This document shows positions 35,970 through 50,046 of a DNA stretch of 64,000 nt, piece after piece (the stretch's first letter is position 1; each line of letters starts with the position of its first letter). A program made the position numbers and the translations under genes. Below the pieces are notes generated by a model that was not told the origin of the DNA, did not search any database, and saw only the letters and a list, made by a program, of their open reading frames with translations. Source of the DNA: Octopus vulgaris (Eukaryota); the NCBI GenBank assembly GCA_951406725.2, contig OX597817.1:33170001-33234000 (forward strand). Direction: 5' to 3'.

Positions 35970-36486
35970 TGGTTGGGCGGTTTGGCGAGCCAGAAGGCTG
36001 CAACAAGTTTCAATCTGAACTGGCAAAGTTTCTACAGCTGGATGCCCTTCCTAATGCCAACCACTCCAAGAGTGTAATGGGTGCTTTTACGTACTACAGG
36101 CATGAGGGCCAGTCAGGCAGTACTAGCAATGACCACGCTCAAAAGGTGTTTCTTATGTTCCACCTGCACGGGAGCCAGTCCGGCAGCACTGGCAATGACT
36201 ATGCTCAAATGTTGTTTTCCACATGCCAGCAGTACATGTGTCAGTAAGGCGATGCTGGAAACGATCACGCTTGGATGATGCTTTTAACATTCCACTGATC
36301 GAGTGCCAATCAGGAAGTACTGTCATTGATCATGTCAACAATTTTGATTTCACTTGCTTCAAAAGGTGTTCACAAGCAAAGTTTATTGTCCAATGAATGA
36401 AGGGTATTCATAAGTGGGCTGGTTATACACCAGTGGCATAGGCCACGGGTTATGGTCTCACTTGGCTTGCTGGGTCTTCTCAAGCA
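35970..36486 (-). mobile_element. RTE 3' UTR with diverged ~63-bp units
   Basis: Same unit order as 47720-48020. Confidence 0.75.
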
Positions 36487-39400
36487 TGTGACAAAAGTGG
36501 CATGAGAGCCACTATAAAGTCAGACAGTCAGTCATTGTAGGAGGTTAGTAGTAGTGGAGTTATGAGTTTTCAGTCGGAGTCAGTGTCAGTTATGCCATAT
36601 ATACAAGTTAGATTTACTGTCAAGGTAGACGTTTCAAAGTGATTGTCTTGTGGAGCTATCAGTGATAGCATGATAGATGAGTCAAAGATAGTAAGACGCA
36701 GAATACTGCCACAACATAATAGTGGTGACAAGAATATTACAGTGCTGACAATAACATACATGTAGACAAGGATCTACTTTATAAAAGTGGCGATGAGGAT
36801 ATAAAGAATTCATGCAGACAGCACTGAAAAAAATTGTGTTTCACATGCAGACAACGTTGAAAAATTTTTCACATGGAGAAATTAAAAACTCGACAGAGAA
36901 AATAAGAAATTCTTTTGTTGTATATATTTTACAAAAAAATCTGTAAAATTATGGAAAACTTCTTAGAGGGTTTAGTTGAGTTGCAAAAACAGCAGCATCA
37001 ACAAATGTTACAGCAACAAATGCTACAACTTATGAAGTTGGTAACAAAACAGGAAAATATGTTTTCTCCAGGCCATGTAGCAAATTTAATAAATGAATTT
37101 AAATATGACCTGGAAGAAGGAATCCCTTTTGAGGCATATTACCAAAGATTGGAGCAAATTTTCAAAAAAGAATGCCGAGACTGGCCGGATGAAGTGAAAA
37201 TGCATCTAATTCTGAGGACCCTGGTGATGATAGAGCATAAGAAATACTGTAACTTTATATTGCCTAAAAATGTTTCTGATATAAATTTCATGGACACTAT
37301 TGACATTTTATATAGGACGTATACTGAAAAAACATCATTGTTTAACACATGCTGGAAGTATTTGAACACTGAGAAAAACAATGACAAAGACTTTACCACA
37401 TATGTGGTTAGAGTAAACAGAGAATGGGAGAGATTTAAACTGGATAAACTAACTCTAGACTCGTTCAAGTGCCTGATTTTTGTTCAGGGACTTACTGCTA
37501 AAAAAGGACGTAAAAGTCAACAAAAATTCTCAATAAGCTGGTAATGAACCAGGATATAACTCTTTAGAAACTATCAGAAGAGGACGATATGATATTAAAA
37601 GTAAGGCACAACAAAGAAGAAACCCAGTGTGGAAGAGCTGGATGATGGATAGAATGTTTCACAGAAAACACGATATACATCAGGAGATAAACCCATGTAT
37701 GGTATGTAGTGGAAACTACCTGAGAAAAGAGTGTCTGTTTAAAAAGAGTGAGGTGTTTTCGTTGTGAGAACACAGGATATATTAAACTGCACAACTAAGA
37801 TGACAAAAAATTGGAGCGAACACGAAAAAATAAATAGTTCGTCATCAGAAAAAAAATGTTTGTACAATGAACAGAAAATTTACCGAGGTGAGAATCGAAA
37901 CCACTTATGTCAAAATGCAATTAGATACGGGTAGTGATATCACTATCATAAATGAAGAAACATGGTGATAAATTCATAAGCCAAAATGATTTAAATTAGC
38001 ATTTAAAGTAGCATATGGTGTTACAGGAAAGAAATTATATTTCATCGGTGAATATATTTGCAATGTAACTTTTTGAGGTGAAATGAAAAGGACAATCATT
38101 TATGTGCTGAAAAATCACTAAACCTATTTGGTACAGAATGCATGGAATTATTTAAAATGTGGGACATCCCCATAAGTGTTCTCTGCGAAAATGTAGTTGG
38201 TATAGTTAGAAGTCCGAATGAAGTTGACCAACTGAGACAAAAAATTTTTAAAATTGTTTCCAAATGGTTTTTGAGGAGGATTAGGTTGTTGCACTAAAAC
38301 AAAATCAAGGATTGTGGTAAAAGAAAAGGCAACACCTGTTTTCAGGCCCAAGTGGAATGTGCCGTTTGTGGCATTGGACCAGGTCAATAAAAAGTTAGAA
38401 AGACTAGAAAACCTAGCTATAATTGAAAAAGTTGACCATTCAGACTGGGCAGCTTCGATGGTTTATGTAAGGAAAAAAGTAATAAACTAAGAGTGCGCGG
38501 ACTTTTCAACTGGATTAAATGATTGTGTACTTGAACACAATTACCCATTATCAAGCCCAGAAGAAATGTTCTGAAAACTAAATGGAGGAAAAATTTTCTC
38601 AAAGTTAGACCTCTCAGAGGCCTATCTTCAGATACAGGTAGAGGAAGACTGTGTACACCTTTTAACAATCAACACTCACTGTGGATTGTATAAATTCAAG
38701 CAGCTTCCTTTTGGAGTAAAAGTGGAACCAGCCATATTCCAACAAGTGATGGACGGAATGTTAAATGATTGCAACTTTGCTATCACTTATCTCAATGATA
38801 TTTTGATAACGAGCAAGACAGTAGAGCAACACTTTGACCATATTAAAAAGGTGTTTGGAAAAATAAATGAATACTAGTTTAGACTAGCAAAAGAAAAGTG
38901 TGAATTTTTGATGTAAAAAATCAAATATTTGGGTTAAGTAATTGATGAAAGGGGACAAAGACCAGACCCATCAAGGGCAATGCCTCCCCCAACAAATGTC
39001 AAATTGTTACAAACATTATTAGGCCAGGTAAACTACTATCAAGTATATATCCCCAACATACACAACACAAGGGCTCCACTAAACGAGCCGTTAAAAATGG
39101 ATGCCAAATGGTTTCGGTCAGAAAAAGTATGCTAAATTCAGACTTGTCACTTACATAGTTTGATCCAAAGTTGGAAATGATACTGGCAACAGATGCTAGT
39201 GAGTACGGGGTAGGTGTTGTACTCCTGCACAAATGTGAAGATGGCAGCCAAAAGGCTATAGCACATGCATCAAGGATGCTATTGCCAGTGGGAAAAAATT
39301 ATAATCAAATTGAAAAAGAGGCATTGGTAATTATATTTGGCATAAAAAGTTCCACAGGTTTACAAATGGTAGATGGTTTAGACTATAAACACTCCATTGC

Positions 39401-39788
39401 TCTTTGCTAAGGATTTATGGATCCAAAAAAGGAATCCTAGTACATACAGCAAACAGATTCCAGCAATGCAGCACCATACTACTAAGCTATGATGACGCAA
39501 TGGAATTTTTACCTTCGTAAAAGGTAGGACATACTGACGGCCTATCTAGGTTAATACCCAGAAATGGCGAATCATTCGTAGACACTGTAATAGCAGTCCT
39601 AAAAGCCGAAAGGGTAATTAAACACATAATTTGGAAATTGTATGAAGGTTATCAATAACTCTCAGGGAGATAAAGTGACACGCATCAAGAGACAAGTTCA
39701 GCGAAAGATAATAAAAAGAAGTTTCAGTAAGGAAAAACATGATGTAAACATATATTCAACATGCAATGGTGTACTGATATATGGCTAA
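36487..39788 (+). mobile_element. Ty3/Gypsy LTR retrotransposon (K02A2.6/Mag-like), decayed and 3'-truncated
   Basis: Putative LTR ~36487-36785, PBS-like TGGCGATGAGG 36788-36798, gag ORF 36951-37544, protease QLDTGSDITII ~37918, RT LDLSEAYLQI / QLPFGVKVEPAIFQ / YLNDI, RNase H LATDASEYGVGVVL...NQIEKEAL; integrase not seen. Confidence 0.9.
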
Positions 39789-39790
39789 AG

Positions 39791-39828
39791 AGGATTTGGT
39801 AGACAGAAACTGAAAGAAGCCTGTTGTA

Positions 39829-39877
<49 letters not shown>

Positions 39878-40106
39878 ATGTATATGTTTGTGTGTCTGTG
39901 TTTGTCCCTCCAACATCGCTTGACAACTGATGCTGGTATGTTTACATCCCCGTAACCTAGCAGTTCGGCAAAAGAGACCGATAGAATAAGTACTAGGCTT
40001 ACAAAGAATAAGCCCTGGGGTCGATTTGCTTGACTAAAAGGCAGTGTTCCAGTATGTCTGCAGTCAAATGACTGAAACAAGTAAAAGAGTAAAAGAGTAA
40101 AAGAGA
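39791..40106 (+). mobile_element. SINE family A, 5'-truncated, at the Gypsy breakpoint
   Basis: Matches family A body and tail. Confidence 0.85.
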
Positions 40107-40829
40107 AGAGATATTACCTCTGCAAAATCTATAAACTCCCATTCTCAACTTCTTGATCCCCATCTTCCTCTCACCAGTGTTCTAGAAAGTTCTTTGTAGT
40201 CTGTGTTACCTTCCCTCATCTTCTTTCCCAATCAATAAATATTGGTTTCAAATTTTGGCACAAGGCCTGAAATTTCGGAGGAGTTGCTAAGTCAATTACA
40301 TTGACCCCAGAGTTCAACTGGTACTTATTTTATTGACCCCAAAATGATGAAAAGCAAAGTTAACACTGGTGGAATTTGAACTCAGAACGTTAAGACTAAT
40401 GAAATGCTGCTAAGCATTTTCTCCAATATGCTAATGAGTCTGCCAGCTTGCCACCTTCTAACCAGTAAATATCTAAGTCTAGAATGACACACATTATTGA
40501 AAGAATTTTAGTGGTTAACCATCATTCCTCAGAATTCGAAAATTCTTTACCTGTCTATCTAGCCACATTGAAACTATCAATCTCCATTTTCATAGCTTTA
40601 CTAAGTAATGTTTTCCACTTGAAAACCGATTCCTTCATATTTTGTATTATTTAAGGTACTGATATTTTAGGAAGTGTTTCATTAGATCAGTTTTATTTGA
40701 AGCAAAAACCATTAAATCTAAGCTTGACTGGGGGGATGGAAAGTAAAAGTAAAAAAGCAACAAATATCTTTGGATATTTTAATTTGTCTAAAATGTAAGG
40801 ATTTAAAAAGAATCTTCTGGAATGTTATA

Positions 40830-41238
40830 GGCGCAGGAGTGGCTGTGTGGTAAGTAGCTTGCTTACCAACCACATGGTTCCGGGTTCAGTCCCACTGCGT
40901 GGCACCTTGGGCAAGTGTCTTCTACTATAGCCTCGGGCTGACCAAAGCCTTGTGAGTGGATTTGGTAGACGGAAACTGAAAGAAGCCCGTCGTATATATG
41001 TATATATATATGTGTGCGTGTGTGTGTTTGTGTGTCTGTGTTTGTCCCCCTAGCATTGCTTGACAATCAATGCTGGTGTGTTTATGTTCCCGTCATTTAG
41101 CGGTTCGGCAAAAAGAGACCGATAGAATAAGTACTGGGCTTACAAAGAATAAGTCCCGGGATCGAGTTGCTCGATAAAAGGCGGTGCTCCAGCATGGCCG
41201 CAGTCAAATGACTGAAACAAGTAAAAAAGTAAAAGAGT
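40830..41238 (+). mobile_element. SINE family A, full length, young
   Basis: CpG-rich head; flanking ATGTTAT duplicated (40822-40828, 41239-41245). Confidence 0.9.
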
Positions 41239-41324
41239 ATGTTATCAAATAAAAAGGAAAAAAAGCTCTTTTGACACCTAAAACTATTTTAAAACATTTG
41301 TTTTAGCTTTTAATGGTGTTAAGA

Positions 41325-41335
41325 AGAGAGAGAGA

Positions 41336-41409
<74 letters not shown>
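41325..41409. repeat. (GA)n microsatellite
   Basis: Direct reading. Confidence 0.95.
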
Positions 41410-41412
<3 letters not shown>

Positions 41413-41760
41413 CTTGAGAAATAATTTGTATAATTGTATAATTTTGTTAGCTACATAAACACATATTTTAGCTATTGTTAAGCCATTAAATTACCACTCT
41501 GAAAAAGTTTGCTATTTCTAGATAACTTTTAATAAACTAAATCTTACTAAAATAATTTACACTAACTAATTAGTCTGCCAAATTAATAGACTTTTTGATT
41601 ACCAGCCAAAATGTTGATAGTTTGGGACAAGTTAATGTTATTATGTTTGTCATTAGTCTGCTTGATCAGAGGTGACCTTGGGCTAAACATCAACCTGAAG
41701 TATTTAGCATTAATTTGAAGATCATGCATAGATACAACACACACACACACAAACACACAC

Positions 41761-41860
41761 ATGAAGGGACCTAGAAAGGCATGGGATGAAATGAAGATAA
41801 TCTCTAGATGAAGGGACCTAGAAAGGCATGGGATGAAATGAAGACAATCTCTAGATGAAG
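41761..41860 (+). repeat. 47-bp tandem duplication within an RTE C-terminal remnant
   Basis: ATGAAGGGACCTAGAAAGGCATGGGATGAAATGAAGAYAATCTCTAG x2; PRKAWDE-like codons. Confidence 0.8.
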
Positions 41861-42395
41861 AGCCCTGCAAAAAAGATGACAATGAATTGTGAAAATTGGT
41901 GATGTGATGTTGGAGAAGATCAGCTTATTTGTGATAGCATGTTGAAATGCACATTAAGAGGGCATTAGTGATGTCTAATAGCACAGAAGGGATGACAAAA
42001 GAGGAAATAAGATACAAGCAAACCTAATGCAATTCCTTATAATTCAAAAATAGGATTTATCAAGTAGTTAGCGTGAAAAACCTCATAAGAGGAAAAAAAA
42101 ACCCATCAATTTTTTTCTTTTAAATGTATTCATTTTTATTTTATAGAGGGCATTATTATACATAAATGCCTCATGCTAGGAGGGACTTTCAAAGTTGCCC
42201 TCTATAAAATAAAAAGCAATTCCTTATACATACATATGAGAGAGGGAAGGGGGATAAGGATTGTGGTAAGGAGTACTGAATATAATTACTTCCACTACCA
42301 TCATTCACTTCACAGACAGCAGTTGTTGGTACGGCACAGTAAATATGAGAAAGTGATTGCCATCCCTAGTCAAAGAGACAGCATATTAGAGTGAA

Positions 42396-42606
42396 GAGGC
42401 GCAATGGCCCGGTGGTTAGGACAGCGGACTCGCGGTCATAGGATTGCGGTTTCGATTCCCAGACCGGGCGTTATGAGTGTTTTTGAGCGAAAACACCTAA
42501 AGCTCCACGAGGCTCCGGCAGGGGATGGTGGTGATCCCTGCTGTACTCTTTCACCACAACTTTCTCTCACTCTTACTTCCTGTTTCTGTTGTACCTGTAT
42601 TTCAAA
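42396..42606 (+). mobile_element. SINE family B
   Basis: Close match to 19248-19430. Confidence 0.85.
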
Positions 42607-43350
42607 ATTGATAGCCCCCTTATTTGGCCCATCCCTGTTACAATGATAATGAAATTATTGTATACAGTGCTCAGATGCACCACAATCTATAACTCAATCC
42701 TCTCTCTTTAGCAAACATGTAGCTGCCATCACTGAGTCTCTTCCATTACTCCTTGTTTCTACTGTCTCCCATTTTGGCCACACTGTCTCTCCTCCATTAA
42801 TCCTTCCTCCACCATCAGCTCACCACACCTACCCTGTTTCTTTCATCATACTTGCATTCTAGCTCTATTCTTCCCTCTTCATCCTGATTTTTTCCTTTGT
42901 CATTACTTCAGATCCTATCCACCCTCTTTGTCACATTACTGAGAATAAATGGAGACACCCAAAGAGTGGTTGTGATCCTGTAGTCTTGTGAGCACAATGC
43001 AACTTTATTACAGCTGGTACCAGTCCACCCTGCATACTCTGTAAAGTGGTTTGTGAATGAGTGGCGACAATGTTGGGTTGAGAAAACCTTTTAGTCTAGC
43101 CAAGAGCCTGTGAACTCCACCAGTGCTGGTGCTTTGAGAAAATGCACCCAGGATACTGTTTAGTGGTTGATGTTTGGAAGGGCATCCAGCTATAGAAACA
43201 ATAGCAAAACAGAACTTTCAAGTGAGACATGGTCCTCTGAACCCTCTAGAAAAGCAGTAACTCTCAGTAAGCTCTAACTTGGATGTAATAGTCTGTCCAG
43301 TCCATGTCACCATGGAAAGCAGGTGTTAAAATGATATATATATATATATA

Positions 43351-43758
43351 GGTGCAGGAGTGGCTGTGTGGTAAGTAGCTTGCTTACCAACCACATGGTT
43401 CCGGGTTCAGTCCCACTGCGTGGCACTTTGGGCAAGTGTCTTCTACTATAGCCTCAGGCCGACCAAAGCCTTGTGAATGGATTTGGTAGACGGAAACTGA
43501 AAGAAGCCCATCATATATATGTATATATATATGTGTGTGTTTGTGTGTCTGTGTTTGTTCCCCCAACATCGCTTGACAACCGATGCTGGTGTGTTTACGT
43601 CCCCGTAACTTAGCGGTTTGGCAAAAGAGACCGATAGAATAAGTACTAGGCTTCCAAAGAATAAGTCCTGGGGGGCGATTTCCTCGACTAAAGGCGGTGC
43701 TCCAGCATGGCCGCAGTCAAATGGCTGAAACAAGTAAAAGAGTAAAAGAGTAAAGAGT
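43351..43758 (+). mobile_element. SINE family A, full length
   Basis: Head, body and GTAAAAGA tail. Confidence 0.9.
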
Positions 43759-44607
43759 ATATGTATGTATTAAAAGTGGGGAAGGCTGGTTTATGGAATT
43801 ACCCTGGGTTTCCCATCCATAAAGAGTTTAACTTTGTGGGATGACATACCATAAAGCTAAACCCTTTATGAAGTAGTAAAAGTTATTTTAAACTGTTGTG
43901 TTTTATTGATTGACCTTCTTACAAAATGCACATTATATATTTATTGCAATTGTTCCATTTGCATTTAAAGCAGCCAATCCTAAAATATTTCCCTGCAGTT
44001 TTCTCATTTGCTTTTGTTTTGGTTAAAATACATATCAAGAAATCTGATACCCCTTGCGTTGACATTTCATAAAACTTGTGTCAAGTTGAATGTCTTTGAA
44101 AACAAAAGTATTTCTGTATTTACATCAAAAATGAATGCACAGACATGAACATGCAATTGTTGTTTAAGCCTGTGTTAACTTTGATTGAGCTCAACTGTGA
44201 CTAACTGATCTAAGGTATAGTGTACCTAGGACTACACTATCCAAAGTGTTCTTTCTTTTCTTTTTAAAGACAATTGAGTGTGATTTAAAGGGAATTTGGT
44301 TGCAACTTTAGCAGGTGGAGACACCATATAAAAGCTCCTACCTTATTGGTTTGCTATAAATGAGGAACTAGTTGTTATTTAAAAGGTTGATGTCTTCCAT
44401 TAGGTGTTACAAGATTGCAGTTTCATGAGTTAAGGGTATTCTAAAATAAACTAAGATCCATGATCAAAAAATGTTGATTAAATATAAGAAAGGTATGCCA
44501 TGCAGAAGAATTCAATGTGGGAGCCAGGGGTATATAGATAGGTTGTTGTGTACATCTTTGCATTCCATGCCAGCATCCAGAAAGAAAGTATTAAACTGGT
44601 GATAAGA

Positions 44608-45148
44608 ATCATCATCATCATCCTCATTGAACGTCCACTTTCCATGCTAGCATTGGTTGGACGATTTGACTGAGGTCTGGCGAACCAGATGGCTGCACCA
44701 GGCTCCAATCTTGATCTGGCAGAGTTTCTGCAGCTGGATGCCCTTCCTAATGCCAACCACTCCGAGAGTGTTGTGGGTGCTTTTATGTGCCACCGGCGGC
44801 GGCGAGCAGGCAGATTTGTTAGCAAGCCGGGCGAAATGCATAGCCGTATTTCATCTGCCGTTGCGTTCTGAGTTCAAATTCCGCCAAGGTCGACTTTGGC
44901 TTTCATCCTTTCGGGGTCGATTAAATAAGTACCAGTTACGCACTGGGGTCGATATAATCAACTTAATCCGTTTGTCTGTCCTTGTTTATCTTCTCTGTGT
45001 TTAGACCCTTGTGGGTAGTAAAGAAATCTTTTATGTACCACCGGCATGAGGGCCAGTCTGGCGGTACTGGCAACGGCCACGCTCAAATGGTGCTTTTTAC
45101 GTGCCACCTTCACAGGAATCAGTCCTGTGGCATTGGCAACGACCTCGT
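44608..45148 (-). mobile_element. RTE 3' UTR interrupted by family C SINE (+, 44798-45027)
   Basis: 18-bp TSD CTTTTATGT(G/A)CCACCGGC at 44780-44797 and 45028-45045. Confidence 0.85.
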
Positions 45149-47558
45149 CCTGCTTTGGTCACAAATGACCATGGGATTGCACCTAGAAAGTTCCCATGCT
45201 AGGCACAAGCCTGGGCAAGGTTGTTTGTGGATGACCAGCAGTTACCCATGCATACCAGCCACCCTTCTCCATGCCACCAGTGTTATCCAAGTGAAACGCA
45301 AAGACTGATACAACTTGGTACCAGTGACACCACCACTCATTTCTACAGCTGAGTGAACTGGAGCAACATGTATTAAAGTGTCTTGCTCATGAACACAACA
45401 TACAGCCCTGTCTGAGAATCAAACTCACAACCTCACAATCATAAGCTCAACGCTTTAACCACTGAGCCATGTGCCTTCACATAATAAGAATGACTATGCA
45501 AATGTTTATTACAGTAATTCACTATCTTCTGTCTTGTTATGTCAGAAATAATACAATTATTAAGGAACTCACCAAAAGATACTGAACTACTTTAATCAAT
45601 ATTTACATAATCATCCTCATTGCCTGTTTAATGCTGTTTTTCTTCATGCTGAGATAGGTTACAAAGATGTATACAATGACCTCTCTTTATACATTAAATT
45701 CATATGAATGTCTGTTTGACATAAATGTTAGGAAATATCAATAGAAGAAATATCAGAATTGTTTGTACATATTTTAACCATTCCATGCATATACTGCTAC
45801 CAAAATGCACTATTTGTATTCCCTACGCAGAAATTGTTGAGAAGACTGCAAACAATGAAATTCTTCTCTCAGTTGCCAAAATGTTGATAATAGAGTGTTT
45901 TGATCATCTAACATGAGTACATAACACCCTACCCCAACATAATACCTTGTCCCTTTCCTATGCATGGACAATCCCCAGTAATAGTGGTATAGAAAGATTA
46001 CAAAGTGGATAGTTAAACAATAACATGGAGAAGACAGAGGAAGATGGTGGAAAGCATGAGGTTGTTTGATGAAAGAGAAAAACTGAGGTGGGAAGATGTG
46101 TCTTTTACTACACACTTACAACCTCCCTTAGCTATGGATTTTGATTTGCTTGTCTAATTGATTGATTGAGTGGTTGGTTGGTTGAGTAAGCGATTCATTG
46201 ACATAGTTTTAAATTTCAGTTAATCTGAAAATAATCAAGAATTTTGAGTGTTTTTATAAAATACTTGACTTTTTCATTATTTGTAATATTATACCAGTGT
46301 CTGGAACACGAAGTAACAAAAAGCTTTTGCATAAAATTATGATAGATAGGTGTAATTTAAATAGAAACATTCTTAAAAAAGATATTTTTATATCAAAGAA
46401 CTAGAGTAGGTTGGTGTCAAAGAAGGTTAAAGAAAAGTAGATAAAAAATAACGATCTGTTGATATCCACCCTAAATGTGGGAGGAAATTTTATCCTAGAT
46501 AAATAACATACCTTTCAAAGAATGTTGAATTGTAATATATATAGTTTAACAGGCACTTTTATTGCTTCAAGGTGTGCCAATACAATACGCAAGTTGTGAT
46601 TTAGAGATGCATATATTTTATGACTGTCATAATTATTTAGCCCAAAGTCAGCCCCAAGTGAGCAGACTTATAATAAAAAAAGCATTCCAACCATGATTAT
46701 CGTGTTTTCTTAGGTATTGTATACCTAAGATTGCATTATTTAATCTATCACTCCCTTTTTAGGACCATAAAGCATATATAATTTGAGAGAGATTTAGCTG
46801 TTATTTCATGGATATGAGATGAATGTTGTAGATCACATAGGCTATTATTTGTTAATTCGCTATCATCATTTCTTTGGTTAGAATCCTATTTGTTGCGAAT
46901 AAATAAGTTTCGGTAACTATCTTATCCAAAAAGTAAGGCTGGTGCTATGCACTAGGCAAACTAGACAATTGTTAGGGGTACTAAAATTGAGAATATTACA
47001 AATAACTTACACAAAATTTCTTATTTCCAATTAAAACGTCAAAACTTAGTAACAAAGATATCAGTTGAGGTTTCACTTGGAACAAAGTAGGATGGTGAAT
47101 TTAGGTGATCAGGGAGATGATTGAGAGGTTAGTGTGGTACTGTCACATGATAGCGTTACATGTGGTACAGTCACATGACATGAAATCTTTCAAATTTCTG
47201 CAGTGGGATTTAACATGGAGCCACACTGTTGTGATGCAAATTTCTTAACCATACAGACACACCTGGTCCAGAAGAGATAGTAAAAGTCGTTGCAATGGAC
47301 AATAACTGTATTATTCTTCCTGCTCACCTCCAGTTACCTATCTTGTTTGATACATATAAAAAAAAAATCACACGAAGGGCCTGTTAATTTGTGATTTTAA
47401 CTGTGCAATAAGAAATAGTGGTGGTGGTTGAATGAAAAGAGTATGCATTTATTTTTTAACTCATCATCTGTTTTATTGTAGAAAGTTTATATAGAATGTG
47501 ATGGTTCCAAGAAAAGAAACTCAAGTCATCTCAGAAAGTTCTGTTCATTGTAGAGGGT

Positions 47559-48035
47559 CATCATCATCATCATCATCGTTTAACGTCTGCTTTCCATGCT
47601 ATCATGGGTTGGATGATTTGACTGAGGACTGGCAAACCAGATGGCTTCACCAGGCTCTAATCTGATCTGGCAGAGTTTCTACAGCTGGATGCCCTTCCTG
47701 ACGCCAACCACTCCGAGAGTGTAGTGGGTGCTTTTACATGCCACTGGCACAAGGGCTAGTCAGGTGGTACTGGCAACGGCCACACTCAAATGGTGCTTTT
47801 TATGTGCCACCTGCACAGGAGCCAGTCCAGCGGCACTGGCAACGACCTCACTTGAATGTTTTTTCATGTACCACCAGCACAAGTGCCAGTAAGGCAACGC
47901 AGGTAACGATCACTCTCGAATGGTGCATTTTACATGCCACTGGCACAGAAGCCAGTTTGTTGCTCTGGCAACGATCACCCTCAGATGGTACTCTTAGCGC
48001 TCCACTAGCACGGATGCCAGTCATCGAATTTGATT
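47559..48035 (-). mobile_element. RTE 3' UTR with five diverged ~63-bp units
   Basis: (CAT)n, common tail, repeated GGTGCTTTTTAYRTGCCAC..GCAC...GCCAGT..CTGGC. Confidence 0.8.
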
Positions 48036-48555
48036 GTGTATTAAAAAAGAAGTAAGAATATTTCTGTGAAAATGGCAATTATTTTAATGTAGACACTTCA
48101 TTTTTACAATGCAGCATTTTGATAGTCATAACTGTGAGAGTGCCAAATGCAAGAATTTGCAGGTTGTTATGCATCACTGCTTATATCATTAAGCTCCTGA
48201 CATTCAGATAGTCTACCTGTTAAACTTGTCTTTTCTCTTCAAACCTGATCTTTTTTTATATGCTCCATAACAAATCTGTCTGGTCAGATCTGTGATGAGA
48301 TTGTCACTCAAAAATCCAGGACATGTTTACTCGTAATTTCTCTGTCTGGATTTTTGCTGATGTCATTACTCAGTCTTCCAAATTTTTGGTTATTGTCTAA
48401 AACAGATTTTTAATTGAAAACCAAAAGATCGGATGTTTGAATCAATGTGTAGACCTGTAACAGCTGTTTTGATTCATTGCGACTTTAGGCATTAATTATG
48501 TAATCCAATACATTGATATATATATTTAACCACGATCTGTTGTCATTTCACACTA

Positions 48556-49817
48556 TTAGATTGCCAAGAAGGTTCTTGTGGAATTTTAAATTTTGGTTTT
48601 AAATTATGTATTTTCAAATTAATTTTCATTAAATTACTTTGACTTTATATATCATTTTAAAGCCCGGTTTTTGCTCTATCTAATTGTGTTACTCTTTTTC
48701 TTTTTGAATAATTAGGCCATTTTTTCAAGAATGTTGAAAACATGGACAAAAAGCAAATTCGCACAATTTTCTTATTCCAGTTCTCAAGCTAGCCGAAAAG
48801 CTGCTGAAACAGATCACAATATCAATAATGCATTTGGCCCAGGAACCACTAATGAATGTACAGCACAATGGTGTTTCAAGAAATTTCATAGCGGTGACGA
48901 GAGTCTTGAAGATGATAAGCATAGTGGTTGCCCATCGGTTGTTGACAACAATCAACTAGAAGCCTTAGTTGAAGCCAATCCATGCACAACTGTTTGAGAG
49001 TTTGCTTCTGAAGTAGATGTAACGTATACGACAATTTCCAACTACTTGAAAGAGATTGAAAAAACAAAAATACTTGAGAAATGGGTGCCATATGAATTGA
49101 ACAACAACCAAAAAAAAACGCTGTTTTGAAGTGTCATCTTCCCTTCTTTTACGCAACAAGAATGACCTGTTTCTCAACTGGATTGTGACCTGCGATGAAA
49201 AGTAGATTCTTTACGACAACCGGCGATGCTCAGCTCTGTGGTTGGAGGCTGACAAAGCTCCACGGCACTTCCTGAAGCCAAAGTTGCACCAAAAGAAGGT
49301 CATGGTGACTGTTTGGTTGTCTGCGGCTGGTCTCATCCATCACAGCTTTTTGGATCCAGGCAAAACCATTATGGTAGAGAAGTACTGTCAGCAAATGGAT
49401 GAAATGCATAAGAAACTCCGACAACAACAGCCAGCATTGATCAATAGAAAAGGACCAATTCTTCTCCACGACAACACTCGGCCACATGTCACACAACTGA
49501 CCCTGCAGAAGTTGAATGAATTGGGCTACAAAAAGTCTGCTTCATCCGCCATACTCACCAGACCTCTTGCCTACCAACTAGCACCTTTTTCAAGCATCTC
49601 GACAACTTCCTGCATGAGAAATGCTTCAAAAACCAAGACAATGCCAAACACACCTTCAACGACTTCATCACTACCAGAATGCAGGATTTTTATGCTATTG
49701 GCAAAAGTGTGTTGATTCTGATGGTGTTTATTTTGATTAATAAAGTTTTGTTTGAGCCGAAATATGTGCATCTGAATTTAAAGGTTAAAAACCACAAGAA
49801 CTTTTTCGACAACCTAA
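48556..49817 (+). mobile_element. Full-length-size mariner (Hsmar1/cecropia-like), transposase disrupted
   Basis: TA-flanked TIRs; ORF pieces AAETDHNINNAFGPGT, WVP, TCDEK*ILYDN, KLHQKKVMVTVW, ILLHDNTRPH, PPYSPDL; stops and frameshifts. Confidence 0.92.
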
Positions 49818-49909
49818 TACTAATCTTGTCTTTCAGTTTTTAAGAGGTAATAATGTTCTATAAGTGTTACACATCCCTTTATTGACAAATAACCAACAGT
49901 AATTCTTAA

Positions 49910-50046
49910 CCCTTTGAGCCCGTAACATTGGGTTACCAGTAGATGGCTTGTTTTTCTGAATACTGTAGTACTACTCTACCAGTGGAATACTGGTGGAGTG
50001 CCAGGTATATGGTCAAATAAGGTTCAGGAGGTCAGGGCTGAAAGGG
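49910..50046. mobile_element. piggyBac-like MITE
   Basis: TTAA-CCCTTTGAGCCC...GGGCTGAAAGGG-TTAA. Confidence 0.7.

Noticed and set aside
45831-45916. Protein-like open frames after an acceptor-like site (also 8350-8408, 13430-13516, 60569-60649, 3829-3906)
   Set aside because: Weak or missing donor sites and no recognisable homology
48741-49715. Domesticated SETMAR-like or intact transposase gene
   Set aside because: Multiple stops and frameshifts, TIRs present, no SET domain
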